A DNA stretch of 25,685 bases from Desulfobacterales bacterium (GCA_046483495.1 JAWODC010000013.1:1-25685); one strand, 5' to 3'. Positions 1-9,452 are shown, counted from the stretch's first letter. Notes: generated by a model not told the origin, from the letters alone. Translations and numbers: made by a program.

Positions 1-1242
1 CGGCATTGAAATAGATACACGCACGCCGCCCCCCGAAATGCTTTCAACCGCCAGTGTGCCGCCCAGCAGCGCCAGCCGTTCTCGGATGGAAAACAGCCCA
101 AATCCGGTTTCTTCCGTTTCATCAATAGTTTTTGGGTCGAATCCCGGACCGTTGTCACATACCGCCACCTGAAGCATGTCGTTTTCATCGGACATTTCAA
201 TCCGCGCAGATTCAACGCCGCTATGTTTGACGACATTGAACAGCAGCTCCCGGACGCATTGATACAGTAGGTAAGTGATGTCTTCACGCTCCGGGTCCAG
301 ATCGGTATTGGCTCGCCATTCAACGGTTAAGCCGTGATGTTTCTTCATCCAGTGGGCGAGCCATTCCAGTGCGGCGGAAAGGCGGCCCTGCTGAAGCGCG
401 GGCGGGGAAAGCTCCGCGGTCAAAGTCCGGGAGGCCTGGATTGATTTGTCGATGAGGTCTTTTATTTTTTCCAAAACCCGCCGTTGGTTCCCTTCGAGCT
501 CGGGGACCAGCACCTCGCTGTTCATCTTGGCGCCCACCAGAAGCTGCTGCAGGTGATCGTGCAGAATCTCTGCGATGCGGCGCCGCTCGCGCTGCTCTGT
601 AAGCATCAGTTCGGAGGTCAGCCTGGCGAGCTGTTCCGCTCGCCGGTTCAGCTCGGCCGTTCGCTCCAGCACACGCTGTTCCAGCTCCTTTTTGATCCTT
701 TTGAGTTCGGTCAGATCGGTAACGGCAAAATGCCGGATCTTTTTCCCGCCTTCCAGTTCGGCTCTCGCCTCGAGTCGCACATGGAGAATGTTGCCGTCTT
801 TTCCAACCATCTGCAACTCACAGACCTCGTTTTTCATCAAGCCTGCCTTGTTTAAAAAGCGCATGTAGATCTGCACATCCGTGGCATAAATAAGACTTAA
901 AAAAATATCACCCACCAGGATTTTTCCGGGAGAGGCGAACATCTCCGCAGCCGCCCGGTTGATTCGGGTGATCACCCCCTTGGCATTGACGGATAAAAAT
1001 CCCACCGGGGCGGAATGGTACAGGTCGAGGTATTCGTTCCGGGAGGCTTCGAGCTCCTGTTGAGTCTTCCGGAGCTCTTCGTTTTGAATTTCCAGTTCCA
1101 CCTGGTGGGTCTCGAGTTCATGGAGCAGGTGACGAAGATCCGTTTGGGCGGGTTCAGCCACACCATTGCCGTGCCGCTGATTCAGGACTTCTTCCGCCTG
1201 CTTTCTCAGATTTGTAAACGCAAGGCTGGGCTTTTCAGGCAT
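1..1242 (-). CDS. PAS-domain sensor histidine kinase, HisKA_3/NarX-like; 3' end runs off the window
   Basis: Not in the ORF track; translated by hand from the ATG at 1242: MPEKPSLAF...LHELETHQVELEIQNEELR...YHSAPVGF (PAS)...EQRERRRIAEILHDHLQQLL (H-box)...VRELLFNVVKHSG...DNGPGFD...GFGLFSIRERLALLGG. The start overlaps the stop of the upstream CheR ORF. Confidence 0.92.
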   Translation of the reverse strand, partial: MPEKPSLAFTNLRKQAEEVLNQRHGNGVAEPAQTDLRHLLHELETHQVELEIQNEELRKTQQELEASRNEYLDLYHSAPVGFLSVNAKGVITRINRAAAEMFASPGKILVGDIFLSLIYATDVQIYMRFLNKAGLMKNEVCELQMVGKDGNILHVRLEARAELEGGKKIRHFAVTDLTELKRIKKELEQRVLERTAELNRRAEQLARLTSELMLTEQRERRRIAEILHDHLQQLLVGAKMNSEVLVPELEGNQRRVLEKIKDLIDKSIQASRTLTAELSPPALQQGRLSAALEWLAHWMKKHHGLTVEWRANTDLDPEREDITYLLYQCVRELLFNVVKHSGVESARIEMSDENDMLQVAVCDNGPGFDPKTIDETEETGFGLFSIRERLALLGGTLAVESISGGGVRVSISMP

Positions 1243-3214
1243 ATTTCTTTCCATTCGTTTTATCGGTGATATCTTCGATGGCCATCAGGATCTTCGGCGC
1301 TTCGCTTTCCCGCCCCTGCAGAAGCCGTACGTTGACCAGCATCTGTTTGGTTCCGAGGGTGTCGAACCGATGATCCACCCGGCAGTCTTCAAAATCTTTG
1401 CCCTCCGAGACAACCCGGGTGAGGAGCTCTCGCAGGGCCGGGATGTCCCACTGTCCTTCACCCAGCTCAAACAGCGGATTTGCCTCGACCTGTTCGGGAG
1501 CAAGCCCAAACGTCTCATAAAACCTTCGGTTTGCCGTGACCACTCTAAATTCCTTGTCCAGCACCAGGAGCGATTCCCGAACCGTATCCACGATGCTTTC
1601 GGCGAACCGCTTCTGGGGATCGATATTGATAAACGTGACAACCGCCCCCTCGATCCGGTGTTCACTCCTGCGATGGGTCATGATTCGCATACGGTACCAG
1701 TTCCCGTCTTTTGTGCGTACCTCGTCTTCAAAGGGCTGAAGCGTGTCGAGCACCCCGCGCACCTTTTTTATGAAATCATCATAGACCAGGCGGTGGGAAA
1801 TATGTCCAATCGGACGCCCGATGTCCGTTTCGATGAGGTTGAAAATCCGGGTCGCCTCCCGGGTGAACCGGCTGATGGAAAGATCGGCTCCCAGAAACAG
1901 AATGGCGATCTGCGTGCTGTCCAGCACGCCGGTGATGCTCTCGTAGGACCGGGACAGCTCTTCGGTCTTATTCTGCAGCTCGCTGTTTACCGTGGACAGT
2001 TCTTCGTTTAGCGACTGGAGCTCTTCCCGTGAGGACTCCAGCTCCTCGTTGGTGCTTTGAAGCTCCTCGTTTGACGAGCGCGTCTCCTCGTTTGCCGATC
2101 TGAGCTCCTCGTTCGAGCTTTCAAGCTCTTCCAGAGTTCCCTGGTACTCCTGGCGGACTTTCTGCAGCTCCCGTTCAAGCTCGGGCACCTGCTCAGCTTT
2201 TCCCTGCGCTTCCGGCCGGGGCTCGTCCTGGTCTTCCATGTCTTCGAACAGCACCATGAACGTGTGGTTCAGGGGAGCCGGTTCGGACAAGGACTTCACC
2301 ACCAGATCGAGGTCCTGATGGCCACCATTTGTTTTCACCCGCAGCCGTTTGTGCCGGACCTCCTCTCCGGATGATCGGGCCTTTCGCAGGGCACTGGCAA
2401 GTGCATAGCGGAGGCCCTCCCTGGCTGTGTCGAGGAGATTCAGGCTGGGTTTTCCCTGAGGATGCTCCAGGTACTTGCCCGTCCGGCCGTGGATAAAAAG
2501 GATTTGGCCCTCCGGGTTTACCACCACGCAGGCCGGGGTGTAGGACGTCAGCAGCATATCCCTGGTCGCCCGGGCGATGAGGGTCTCATCCTGACGACCG
2601 GCCGGCATCTTGTCCCCGGTGTAATCGGCATTCTCCAGCTGCGGGGTTCTCGTGGGAAATTCCACGTTCGTCCGGGCGCCTTGTACCGCCTCTTTTTTGC
2701 GGTAAATGCTGAATTTTTTCTGGGCGGTTTCAAACAGCTCGCCGAAACGGCCCACGCTTTCCGATGTCCCCAGAAACAGGACTCCCTTTTCTTTCAGCGT
2801 GTAGTGGAAAAGCGGGATCAGCTTCTGCTGGGCGGCGGGTTCCAGGTAGATCAGCAGGTTCCTGCAGACCAACAGGTCCAGGTTGGTAAAGGGCGGATCG
2901 GTCAGCACATTCTGAACGGCAAAGACGATAGGCTCCCGGACCTCCTTTTTGACGCGGTAGAAATGGTCTTCCCTGGTGAAAAACCGCTTCAGCCGTTCCG
3001 GGCCGACATCGGCGGCGATGTTCTCCAGGTATGCCCCGTACCGGGCTTTGTTGATGGCGTTCTTGTCCAGATCGGTGGCAAAGATCTGCACCCGCTGTTT
3101 GCTTTCCGCCTCATCGAGGGCTTCCTGAAGGATAATGGCCACGGAGTAGGCCTCCTCTCCGGTGGCACATCCCGCAATCCATACCCGAATGGCCTCCTTT
3201 TTTAACGCCATCAA
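1235..3214 (-). pseudogene. cheR: CheR methyltransferase-PAS-coiled coil-PAS protein (CheB/CheR-fusion type), 5'-truncated
   Basis: IRVWIAGCATGEEAYS, IFATDLD and DLLVCRNLLIY CheR motifs; ELESSNEELRSANEE...EELQSLNEEL heptads; PAS domains. The ORF begins at the SAM-binding domain with no CheR N-terminal or CheB domain and no clear RBS, 23 bp after the csbD stop. Confidence 0.8.
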
Positions 3215-3237
3215 ATTCTTTTGACAGGCGTCCCTGT

Positions 3238-3417
3238 TTACTTCCCGACGACGTCCTTGATCTGCCCGACCTTTTCCTGAATCTTTCCGTCAATGTTTTC
3301 GGCCTTACCTTCGGCTTCCAGGTCGCGGTTCCCGACAGCTTTTCCGGTTACCTGTTTGATCTTACCCTTGAGTTTGCGCCACTTGCCTTCCGACTTGTCC
3401 TGGGTGCTATATTTCAT
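3238..3417 (-). CDS. csbD: CsbD family general stress protein
   Basis: MKYSTQDKSEGKWRKLKGKIKQVTGKAVGNRDLEAEGKAENIDGKIQEKVGQIKDVVGK; GGAGG RBS at 3424-3428 before the ATG at 3417. Confidence 0.92.
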   Translation of the reverse strand: MKYSTQDKSEGKWRKLKGKIKQVTGKAVGNRDLEAEGKAENIDGKIQEKVGQIKDVVGK

Positions 3418-3489
3418 GGTAGACCTCCTGTTCAATAAGGGTTGCAGTGAAGTTCACATGCAAAAAATGGAGCTTTTATGGTTTGATAC

Positions 3490-3504
3490 TCAATATTTGT
3501 GCCA
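3490..3504 (-). promoter_or_regulatory. Sigma54 -24/-12 promoter for csbD copy 1
   Basis: Minus strand TGGCAC-AAATA-TTGA versus consensus TGGCAC-N5-TTGC. Confidence 0.72.
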
Positions 3505-3604
3505 GATATCTAGTGCTTTCTGTCAAGACATTTATCATTCTGATATGTTTAGGTATTTAAAAAAGACCAGCATTCCGGCGCGGCCGTTGATGGTCATCTG
3601 GAAG

Positions 3605-3635
3605 GGTCATATGCAACCGGTGGTCACATATAACC
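3605..3635. promoter_or_regulatory. Tandem putative enhancer (UAS) boxes
   Basis: GGTCATATGCAACC (3605-3618) and GGTCACATATAACC (3622-3635), about 100 bp upstream of the -24 box; similar boxes at 9892 and 11057/11075. Confidence 0.6.
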
Positions 3636-3813
3636 CTTTCGTGATGATTGCGACCATGGCAAATCGTTGACTTGTCGTTTGGACAGAACGCCGGTGCGGA
3701 ATAAAAGACGGGAGAGAATATCCTACACTTTTCCGGTCTACACGAGAAGTCTTACCTTGACAAACGGAGGCCAAATAGAGGTTATGTATACTCCTTGTGT
3801 TGGGGCCGGCAAA

Positions 3814-4250
3814 TTATTTTATCATTCCCTGCTTTGCAACTTCGGCCATCGCGTCCTTGAGCATATTCTCATTCGCAAGATAGTAATGACCTACACGCTT
3901 GAGATCAGAATCAAGCTCGTAAACCAAATGAATTCCTGCAGGGATATTGAGTCCAATAATTTCTTTGTCCGTGATTTGGTCCAAATACTTGACGAGTGCC
4001 CGAAGGCTGTTGCCATGTGCAACGATAAGAAGCCTTTTGCCTGATCTTATCTCTTTGGAGAGTTTTTCGTTCCAGCACTCGATTACCCTATCAAGTGTAT
4101 CTTTCAGACACTCAGTTTTGGGGAGTCTGCTCTTCTCAATGCCTGCGTATCGTGGATCGTTGCCAGGGAAGCGATCGTCCTCTTCAGAAACAGGCGGTGG
4201 TGAAATTTCGAGCTTCTTCTCCAAATCAGAACCTGGCCTTCGCCGTGTTT
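3814..4250 (-). pseudogene. gpmA: 2,3-BPG-dependent phosphoglycerate mutase, C-terminal remnant with frameshift
   Basis: KHGEGQVLIWRRS in one frame, then EISPPP...DPRY...LPKTECLKDTLDRV...LIVAHGNSLRALVKYLD...LNIPAG in another (1-nt loss near 4210). The N-terminal RHG catalytic half is missing. Confidence 0.9.
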
Positions 4251-4251
4251 G

Positions 4252-4297
4252 GGGATAGCGGGACGGGATAGCGGGACATTCTCAACATTTAAATATT
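4252..4297 (-). repeat. Putative mobile-element end, copy A1, with a 13-bp tandem duplication
   Basis: GATAGCGGGACATTCTCAACATTTAAATATT (4267-4297) is identical to 6651-6681. GGGATAGCGGGAC occurs twice in tandem (4252-4264, 4265-4277) at the gpmA breakpoint. Confidence 0.75.
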
Positions 4298-4342
4298 CTG
4301 CGTTTTTCCTTGTTCTCAATCTACCGTTTGGATTTTTCCATA

Positions 4343-4376
4343 ATGATGCCCTTCCTTCTATTTTGAAGGGCATCAT
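4343..4376. repeat. Perfect 12-bp hairpin
   Basis: ATGATGCCCTTC-N10-GAAGGGCATCAT. Confidence 0.8.
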
Positions 4377-4419
4377 GCCATATACATCGAGGGCTGTGAA
4401 GAAGGGGTTAATCTGACGC

Positions 4420-4561
4420 TTACAGAGTTTGTATCCGGCGGTATGGGGGCATTGTCCGTTGTTGTGAGATTTTAAGCGGGATTGAGATTTTCAGTGAAGC
4501 CTACATGGTGCCTGTCCGGGTTGGATTTGGACTGGGGGATGTAGACATAGTAGAATTTCAA
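4420..4561 (-). pseudogene. GIY-YIG nuclease family remnant
   Basis: Hand translation from the TTG at 4561: MKFYYVYIPQSKSNPDRHHVGFTENL / frameshift / SRLKSHNNGQCPHTAGYK. This matches the YVYIL..YVG.T.DL..RL..HN.G...HT pattern; truncated. Confidence 0.75.
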
Positions 4562-4719
4562 TTGGTTTTGGGTTTTTTGGTGGTTGATGTCGTTTTATTG
4601 ATTCACGAAGTGTTTGGCTTTCGCTTTCCTTAAGCGAAGGCATCCTTGGGCTTTTCGCTGCGCTCAAAACGAAGGCTGGCGCGCCGATCCGCCGATTTGC
4701 TTTCTTCTGGAAAATATAC

Positions 4720-4951
4720 CAGCCTGGATCGCACTGATCAGTTCAAGCTCTTTTGCTTAAGGATCAATGATGGCCGGCATAAGTGGAATCTGTTTTTGGA
4801 TCTTTTCGCGCATTTTTTGGTGGATCCTATCTTCTCTTTGGCCGTAAAATCATTTGTTTTCGCTTTTGACTTTACTACTTTGAAATTGAAAAGTCCACCT
4901 TAGAATGCGTTTTTTTATCTAATTCAAGAGCTTACGTTTGTGGGTGGACAC
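4720..4951 (-). mobile_element. IS remnant (left end plus transposase N-terminus), probably ISNCY/ISDol1-like
   Basis: ATG at 4813 gives MREKIQKQIPLMPAIIDP*AKELELISAI with an in-frame TAA at 4757-4759. It resembles, from recall only, N-termini of Desulfobacterales ISNCY transposases. Putative terminal sequence GTGTCCACCCACAAACG at 4951-4935. Confidence 0.55.
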
Positions 4952-5205
4952 CTTCTAAGGAAATTTACAGAAATGCGTTGTCTTATCCCCGCAGAGTAGT
5001 TACTATTAAATGCCACGGAAAATTGAAAAGGCGACTCAATGGGGCGGAACAAGAGGGGTAACTGCGAACAGCCGCGCACTTGCCCTGGTGTCCTTTGTTC
5101 GTATTGGTGCCGCTGATGTGTGCGTTATCCAGCCATGCAATCCCTCACCCCAAGCCACCCACGCGGAATCAGTTTTCTGTCAGCGAAAACAAGGAGGGCT
5201 GCTCG

Positions 5206-6591
5206 ATGAATATTCAAAAATCACTTGCCACAAACACGCTGTTGGGGATGTGTATCGCCGTGCTCGCGTTGGGGGGATGCGCCATGCTACAGAGCAGCAC
5301 AATAGAAAAAGAGGAGCGTGCGCGCGGGCTTGATGGTGCGGAGGCCGGCGAACGAGTTACCATGGAGGAGCTGGACGGACTCACCCGCGCCTTCGCCGAC
5401 CGCTACGTCGGCCTGCTCTATTCCGTCTGTGACTCTTTGCAGGAGGATAACCCTGATCCGGGGCAGCGCCAAGCGGCACAGATGCTTCTCGTGGACAACG
5501 CCACCAACGTTTACGACATCGCCAGTAATGCCGACGCGTTCACCCGCGTGCTTGATTTGCTGGTGGTCACGAGATTGGTAAGTCAGGTGTGGGACGATGA
5601 CGGCAGAGCCGTAGCGGTGTTCGGCAAGCGAGGTCAGGCGCTGGCCGCCGCTCTGTCTCAGGCCAGAGCGGAATCACGGGTGCTCGCCTCTCGTGTGCTC
5701 ACCGCCGATCAACTCGGCATTCTTGACTCTCTGCTGCGGGACTGGCGACAGGAGAACCCGAAAGTCGTTCGCGCCTCTTTTGTTCGCTTCTCAAACTTCG
5801 CCATAGGGCGGGGCAAGTCCGCCGCCGAACAGATACTCGAGGCCCGGGGCCTCTTAGCGCCAATCACGGAAGCGGAGCAGGCCGTCGACGAGGTACGACT
5901 GCTCGGCGAGCGAATGTTCTATCGGCTCAAGCGCGAGTCCACACTGCTCCGGTGGCAAGTGGCGGCGATGAAGGGCGATTTGGTCGCCACCCCTGAACTC
6001 AACACCGCTCTTGCCGACGTGCATTCGGTGACCGATCAGATCGAGCAACTACCCGCAAACATCGCGGCTGAGCGGCAAGCCATCCTCACAGGTATCGATG
6101 ACCGTTTGCAGCGTGCGGATGCGACAATCTCCAATGTGCGGGCAACTCTAGACGAGGCAAACATTTTCGTCGCGTCGCTGGAACCAGTGGGCGAATCACT
6201 CAACGAAATGCTCACGACTGCGGATACCCTGTTTGCTCGGTATACGGCCTTGGACCAATCGAAGACGGGCAATGAGGGGCGTCCCTTTGACATCCGCGAG
6301 TACGAGCAGACGGCCGAAGAAGTGACGCTCGCCGTAAAGAGAATGGACGAGTTGCTCACGACGACGGAACACCTGCTAAAATCGCCGGAATTGAGACACG
6401 GGATACAGGAGGTGAATGATTCGGTCGACGGACTGATCATGACGGTGGCCGATCAGAGCCAGGTTGTGATGAATGCATTTTTCTGGCGCGCCTCCGCATT
6501 GCTGGGTGTGCTATTCGTGATGCTCATCTTGTATCGAATAATTTCATTCCTGCTCATGCGGAAATTAGAAAAGGGGCAGGCTGCCCGATAG
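5206..6591 (+). CDS. Hypothetical lipoprotein, helical/coiled-coil, with a C-terminal TM helix
   Basis: AAGGAGG RBS before the ATG at 5206; signal peptide with lipobox LGGC; hydrophobic C-terminal segment followed by a basic tail. Confidence 0.8.
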   Translation: MNIQKSLATNTLLGMCIAVLALGGCAMLQSSTIEKEERARGLDGAEAGERVTMEELDGLTRAFADRYVGLLYSVCDSLQEDNPDPGQRQAAQMLLVDNATNVYDIASNADAFTRVLDLLVVTRLVSQVWDDDGRAVAVFGKRGQALAAALSQARAESRVLASRVLTADQLGILDSLLRDWRQENPKVVRASFVRFSNFAIGRGKSAAEQILEARGLLAPITEAEQAVDEVRLLGERMFYRLKRESTLLRWQVAAMKGDLVATPELNTALADVHSVTDQIEQLPANIAAERQAILTGIDDRLQRADATISNVRATLDEANIFVASLEPVGESLNEMLTTADTLFARYTALDQSKTGNEGRPFDIREYEQTAEEVTLAVKRMDELLTTTEHLLKSPELRHGIQEVNDSVDGLIMTVADQSQVVMNAFFWRASALLGVLFVMLILYRIISFLLMRKLEKGQAAR

Positions 6592-6650
6592 GAAGTAAAA
6601 CACTCCAGCCCGCCGGTTAACGCAAAACGCCGACGCTTTTCCGCAAGTAT

Positions 6651-6681
6651 GATAGCGGGACATTCTCAACATTTAAATATT
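6651..6681 (-). repeat. Putative mobile-element end, copy A2
   Basis: 31-bp identity to 4267-4297 in the same orientation. Confidence 0.75.
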
Positions 6682-6804
6682 TGCACCTTCTAAGCATCAG
6701 CATGTGAGGAGACGCTTTCTGACATGTTATGCGGAAAAAACAAAGTCCAGGCAAATCGCAGGACAAAGTGGCGGTTGGGAACCGGGATACGAATGGGTTG
6801 GTAT

Positions 6805-7039
6805 CTCGGCGTAACGATAACCGCCAGATCCACGCCCGTCTCCAGGGCGGAAACCGATTCGAAGCACGCCTGTCCGTGCATGGTCTTGTATTTGGGGTTA
6901 ACCGGCAGCACGGTTCCGGAAAACCAACGTCGACAAGATTTTTCATCAACGCATTGCCGATAGTGCCCGCTTTTTCGCTGGCGCCTACCACCGCCACATG
7001 TTGCAGTCTAAAGATGCGGTTCAGATTGTATTGGCCCAT
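6805..7039 (-). pseudogene. NDP-forming acyl-CoA synthetase / Pat-type acetyltransferase, N-terminal CoA-binding fragment
   Basis: MGQYNLNRIF...VAVVGASEKAGTIGNALMKNL..GF / frameshift near 6920 / GTVLPVNPKYKTMHGQACFESVSALETGVDLAVIVTP; similarity stops there. Confidence 0.85.
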
Positions 7040-7089
7040 CCGTAGCCTCGCTTTTTAAGTTTTTCTTTCTTGTGCAAACCGCGCGCCGG

Positions 7090-8403
7090 TTAAGCTTCGA
7101 TTATTCTCAGCCGCATCAGATAAGCTTCGATTTTAGCGCGGTCATGGGCGGAATCCACGCTACGCGCCGCCAGTTCTGCAACCTGTTGCATCTGCTCGAA
7201 AAGCGCCCTTCGGCGCCGCGGGCGGGTCGCCAGGCCGGAAAGGATTTGAAGCACTTCCAGTATCCGTAAGAGAATGGTGACATTACCATTGGCGCTGCGT
7301 CGAATCTGGTCGAAGGCGTAGGTCAGCAGGCTTTCAAAATTCGGGCTTTTGGCAATGATGCGCAGTTCCCCTTCCACGTAGCGGTGCGATGAAGGGATCG
7401 GGCGAGGCGCAAGCCGCGCCAGAATCGCCAACAGATAATCCACACAAATCACGGCCGTCGTGGTATCGTTGATGCCGGGAGAAAGGGCTTTCAAAGCAAT
7501 ATCCACGATTTGCCGGATTCCGAAAGCGGCATCCTGTGACACTGTTCGGTGACGGTCGATGTCGTATGCCGCCTGCAAGGCACCGATGATCTCTTTTTGC
7601 GGTGGTTTCTCCAGAGCGACCGAAACGAGTGCGGCCCCTTGGACCACAAACTCGCCGATGGCGTGTTCCATCCTAACGATGGTCTTGTTCTCACATGCCA
7701 AACGCAGCAGCGCCGCGTTGTCCACGCTTTGGATATATCCATTGCCCTTGGCCGGCACGGCCTTCCAGATATGCTCCGGCAAAGGGGGAGGCGTCGGATA
7801 CGCCTCATCGTCGTCAACCCACCCGTCTCCGAGTTTCTTCGGGAAAAGCCGGTCGACAACCAGCATGGTTTCATCGGCTACCGAGGCAATAATGTTGGCT
7901 GCCTGAATCGAAGCGGAGATATGATGAATGAAGAAAATGAGGACGCCGATGCCGCCCATCGCCAGCACGACGCTGAAAGACACGGCCAGGCCCGGCACGA
8001 ATACGCCATCTTCGCCGCCGCGGATGGTCCGCAACACGATCAGGCAATAGGTAAAAATGCCGGCGAAAACACCCAGTACGATCTGTGTGACGCGGTCGCT
8101 CATGAAGTTCCTGAGGATGCGTGAAGTGTATTGACTCGAGGCCAGCGCCAACGTCATCAGAACCATCGAAAACGTGACCCCCACCACGGTAATCATCGAA
8201 CCGGCAATCGTGGACAGCATCCCGCGTGCGCCATCCGCGCCCACGCCGAACAGGCGCGGCCAGTGGGTGAGCCACTGTTCGCTTCCGGTGGAATCCACAC
8301 GGATCAGAGCTACGGCCAGGACGATACTGCCGGTCACAATCAGCGAAGGCAAAAACCAGAAACTCGACCGCAGGATACTCCAGAGTTGTTTTAATCTATT
8401 CAC
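7090..8403 (-). CDS. DUF2254 family membrane protein
   Basis: SFWFLPSL, ARGMLSTIAGSMITVVGVTFS..LALASSQYTSRILRNF and QDAAFGIRQIVDIALKALSPGINDTTTA motifs. Confidence 0.9.
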   Translation of the reverse strand: MNRLKQLWSILRSSFWFLPSLIVTGSIVLAVALIRVDSTGSEQWLTHWPRLFGVGADGARGMLSTIAGSMITVVGVTFSMVLMTLALASSQYTSRILRNFMSDRVTQIVLGVFAGIFTYCLIVLRTIRGGEDGVFVPGLAVSFSVVLAMGGIGVLIFFIHHISASIQAANIIASVADETMLVVDRLFPKKLGDGWVDDDEAYPTPPPLPEHIWKAVPAKGNGYIQSVDNAALLRLACENKTIVRMEHAIGEFVVQGAALVSVALEKPPQKEIIGALQAAYDIDRHRTVSQDAAFGIRQIVDIALKALSPGINDTTTAVICVDYLLAILARLAPRPIPSSHRYVEGELRIIAKSPNFESLLTYAFDQIRRSANGNVTILLRILEVLQILSGLATRPRRRRALFEQMQQVAELAARSVDSAHDRAKIEAYLMRLRIIEA

Positions 8404-8507
8404 GAATCGATATCCATTGCCGCGTTCGATTCGGCCTTGATCATCGTTTCGGCCATGCCAATCATACGAGTTTTACCGAAATGATGATCGTGGCCGTAAA
8501 TCGGGTA

Positions 8508-8921
8508 TCAGGAACCCTTGACGGCAAGGCCGTTTTCGACCGATTTCACATCCTTGATACTACGGGCAATTTCCATCGCCCTGTCGATACTTTGCCGGGA
8601 ATCAACGACGCCGTTCAGCGTGACGACGCCGTTTGTCGTGATCACGTTGATCTGGAACGATTTAAGCAGGGGGTCACTCAAGATATCCGCCTTAATCTTG
8701 GCTGTGATAGCGGTATCATTCATGTATTTTCCAGCTTGTTCGGCTTTGTCACCGATCGCTTCCTTGGCGCCTTCAAATTTTTCACCCATTTTTTCAACTG
8801 CTTGATCAACTTTTTCCCCTGCCTTCTCGGCCGTTCCCTTTTGCTCACAACCGGCTAATGCCAGAAAAAAGGATAAGAGAACAACTATGATGAAACCTCT
8901 GCGCGATAGACTCATTTTCAA
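8508..8921 (-). CDS. BON-domain (OsmY-like) lipoprotein
   Basis: Lipobox LAGC; EKAGEKVD repeats; DTAITAKIKADIL...INVITTNGVVTLNG BON motif. Start is the TTG at 8921 or the ATG at 8915. Confidence 0.9.
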   Translation of the reverse strand: MKMSLSRRGFIIVVLLSFFLALAGCEQKGTAEKAGEKVDQAVEKMGEKFEGAKEAIGDKAEQAGKYMNDTAITAKIKADILSDPLLKSFQINVITTNGVVTLNGVVDSRQSIDRAMEIARSIKDVKSVENGLAVKGS

Positions 8922-8941
8922 TCTCCTTCCGTTAACGATAC

Positions 8942-9226
8942 CTATTTGGCGATCAGATCATTCTTGATGGACTCGATCCCCTTGACAGTGCGAGTGATTT
9001 CGACTGCTTTATCGACGGCCTTTTGAGAATTAACGAAGCCGCTAAGTTGGACGACACCCTTGTAAGTTTCAACACCGATCTGGAACGACTTGAGAAAATC
9101 GTCCGCTGACAGCAACGATTTGACCTTGATCGTGATGACGGAGTCGTCAATGTACTCTCCGGTGCGGGACTTCGTGGCGGTCGATGCGCAGGCCCCAAGT
9201 ATCACGCTAAACATCATCAGAACCAA
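8942..9226 (-). CDS. BON-domain lipoprotein; 5' end possibly frameshifted
   Basis: LGAC lipobox; TGEYIDDSVITIKVKS...VETYKGVVQLSGFVNS. The natural-looking ATG at 9248 is out of frame. Confidence 0.82.
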   Translation of the reverse strand: MVLMMFSVILGACASTATKSRTGEYIDDSVITIKVKSLLSADDFLKSFQIGVETYKGVVQLSGFVNSQKAVDKAVEITRTVKGIESIKNDLIAK

Positions 9227-9302
9227 ACAGGCAACAACATAAGTTCATGGCATTGCTTCCTTTAAGTAAATCCATCGCCTTTTCCGGCAATGGCAGCCAG
9301 GG

Positions 9303-9452
9303 TTACACCCGTTTTCGGCCTTGAATAACCTGGATCACCACCAAAACGATGGCAATCACAAGCAGGACATGAACAACACCGCCCAGCGTGTAGCCTGTCA
9401 ATAGTCCCAACGCCCACAAAACCAGTAGAATCACAAATATAGTCCAAAGCAT
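9303..9452 (-). CDS. lmo0937 family (DUF5670-like) small membrane protein, 49 aa
   Basis: Not in the ORF track. MLWTIFVILLVLWALGLLTGYTLGGVVHVLLVIAIVLVVIQVIQGRKRV*; GGAGG RBS at 9458-9462. Confidence 0.9.
   Translation of the reverse strand: MLWTIFVILLVLWALGLLTGYTLGGVVHVLLVIAIVLVVIQVIQGRKRV

Noticed and set aside
6636..6663. dif/Xer site reading of the ATGTCCC motifs (CTTTTCCGCAA-GTATGA-TAGCGGGACAT)
   Set aside because: One arm loosely resembles a XerC arm, but the XerD arm is poor here and absent at the other three copies. The sequence shared between copies lies outside the would-be 28-bp site.
4267..6681. CRISPR array from the 31-bp repeat
   Set aside because: Only two copies, 2.4 kb apart, with no spacer periodicity and no cas genes.
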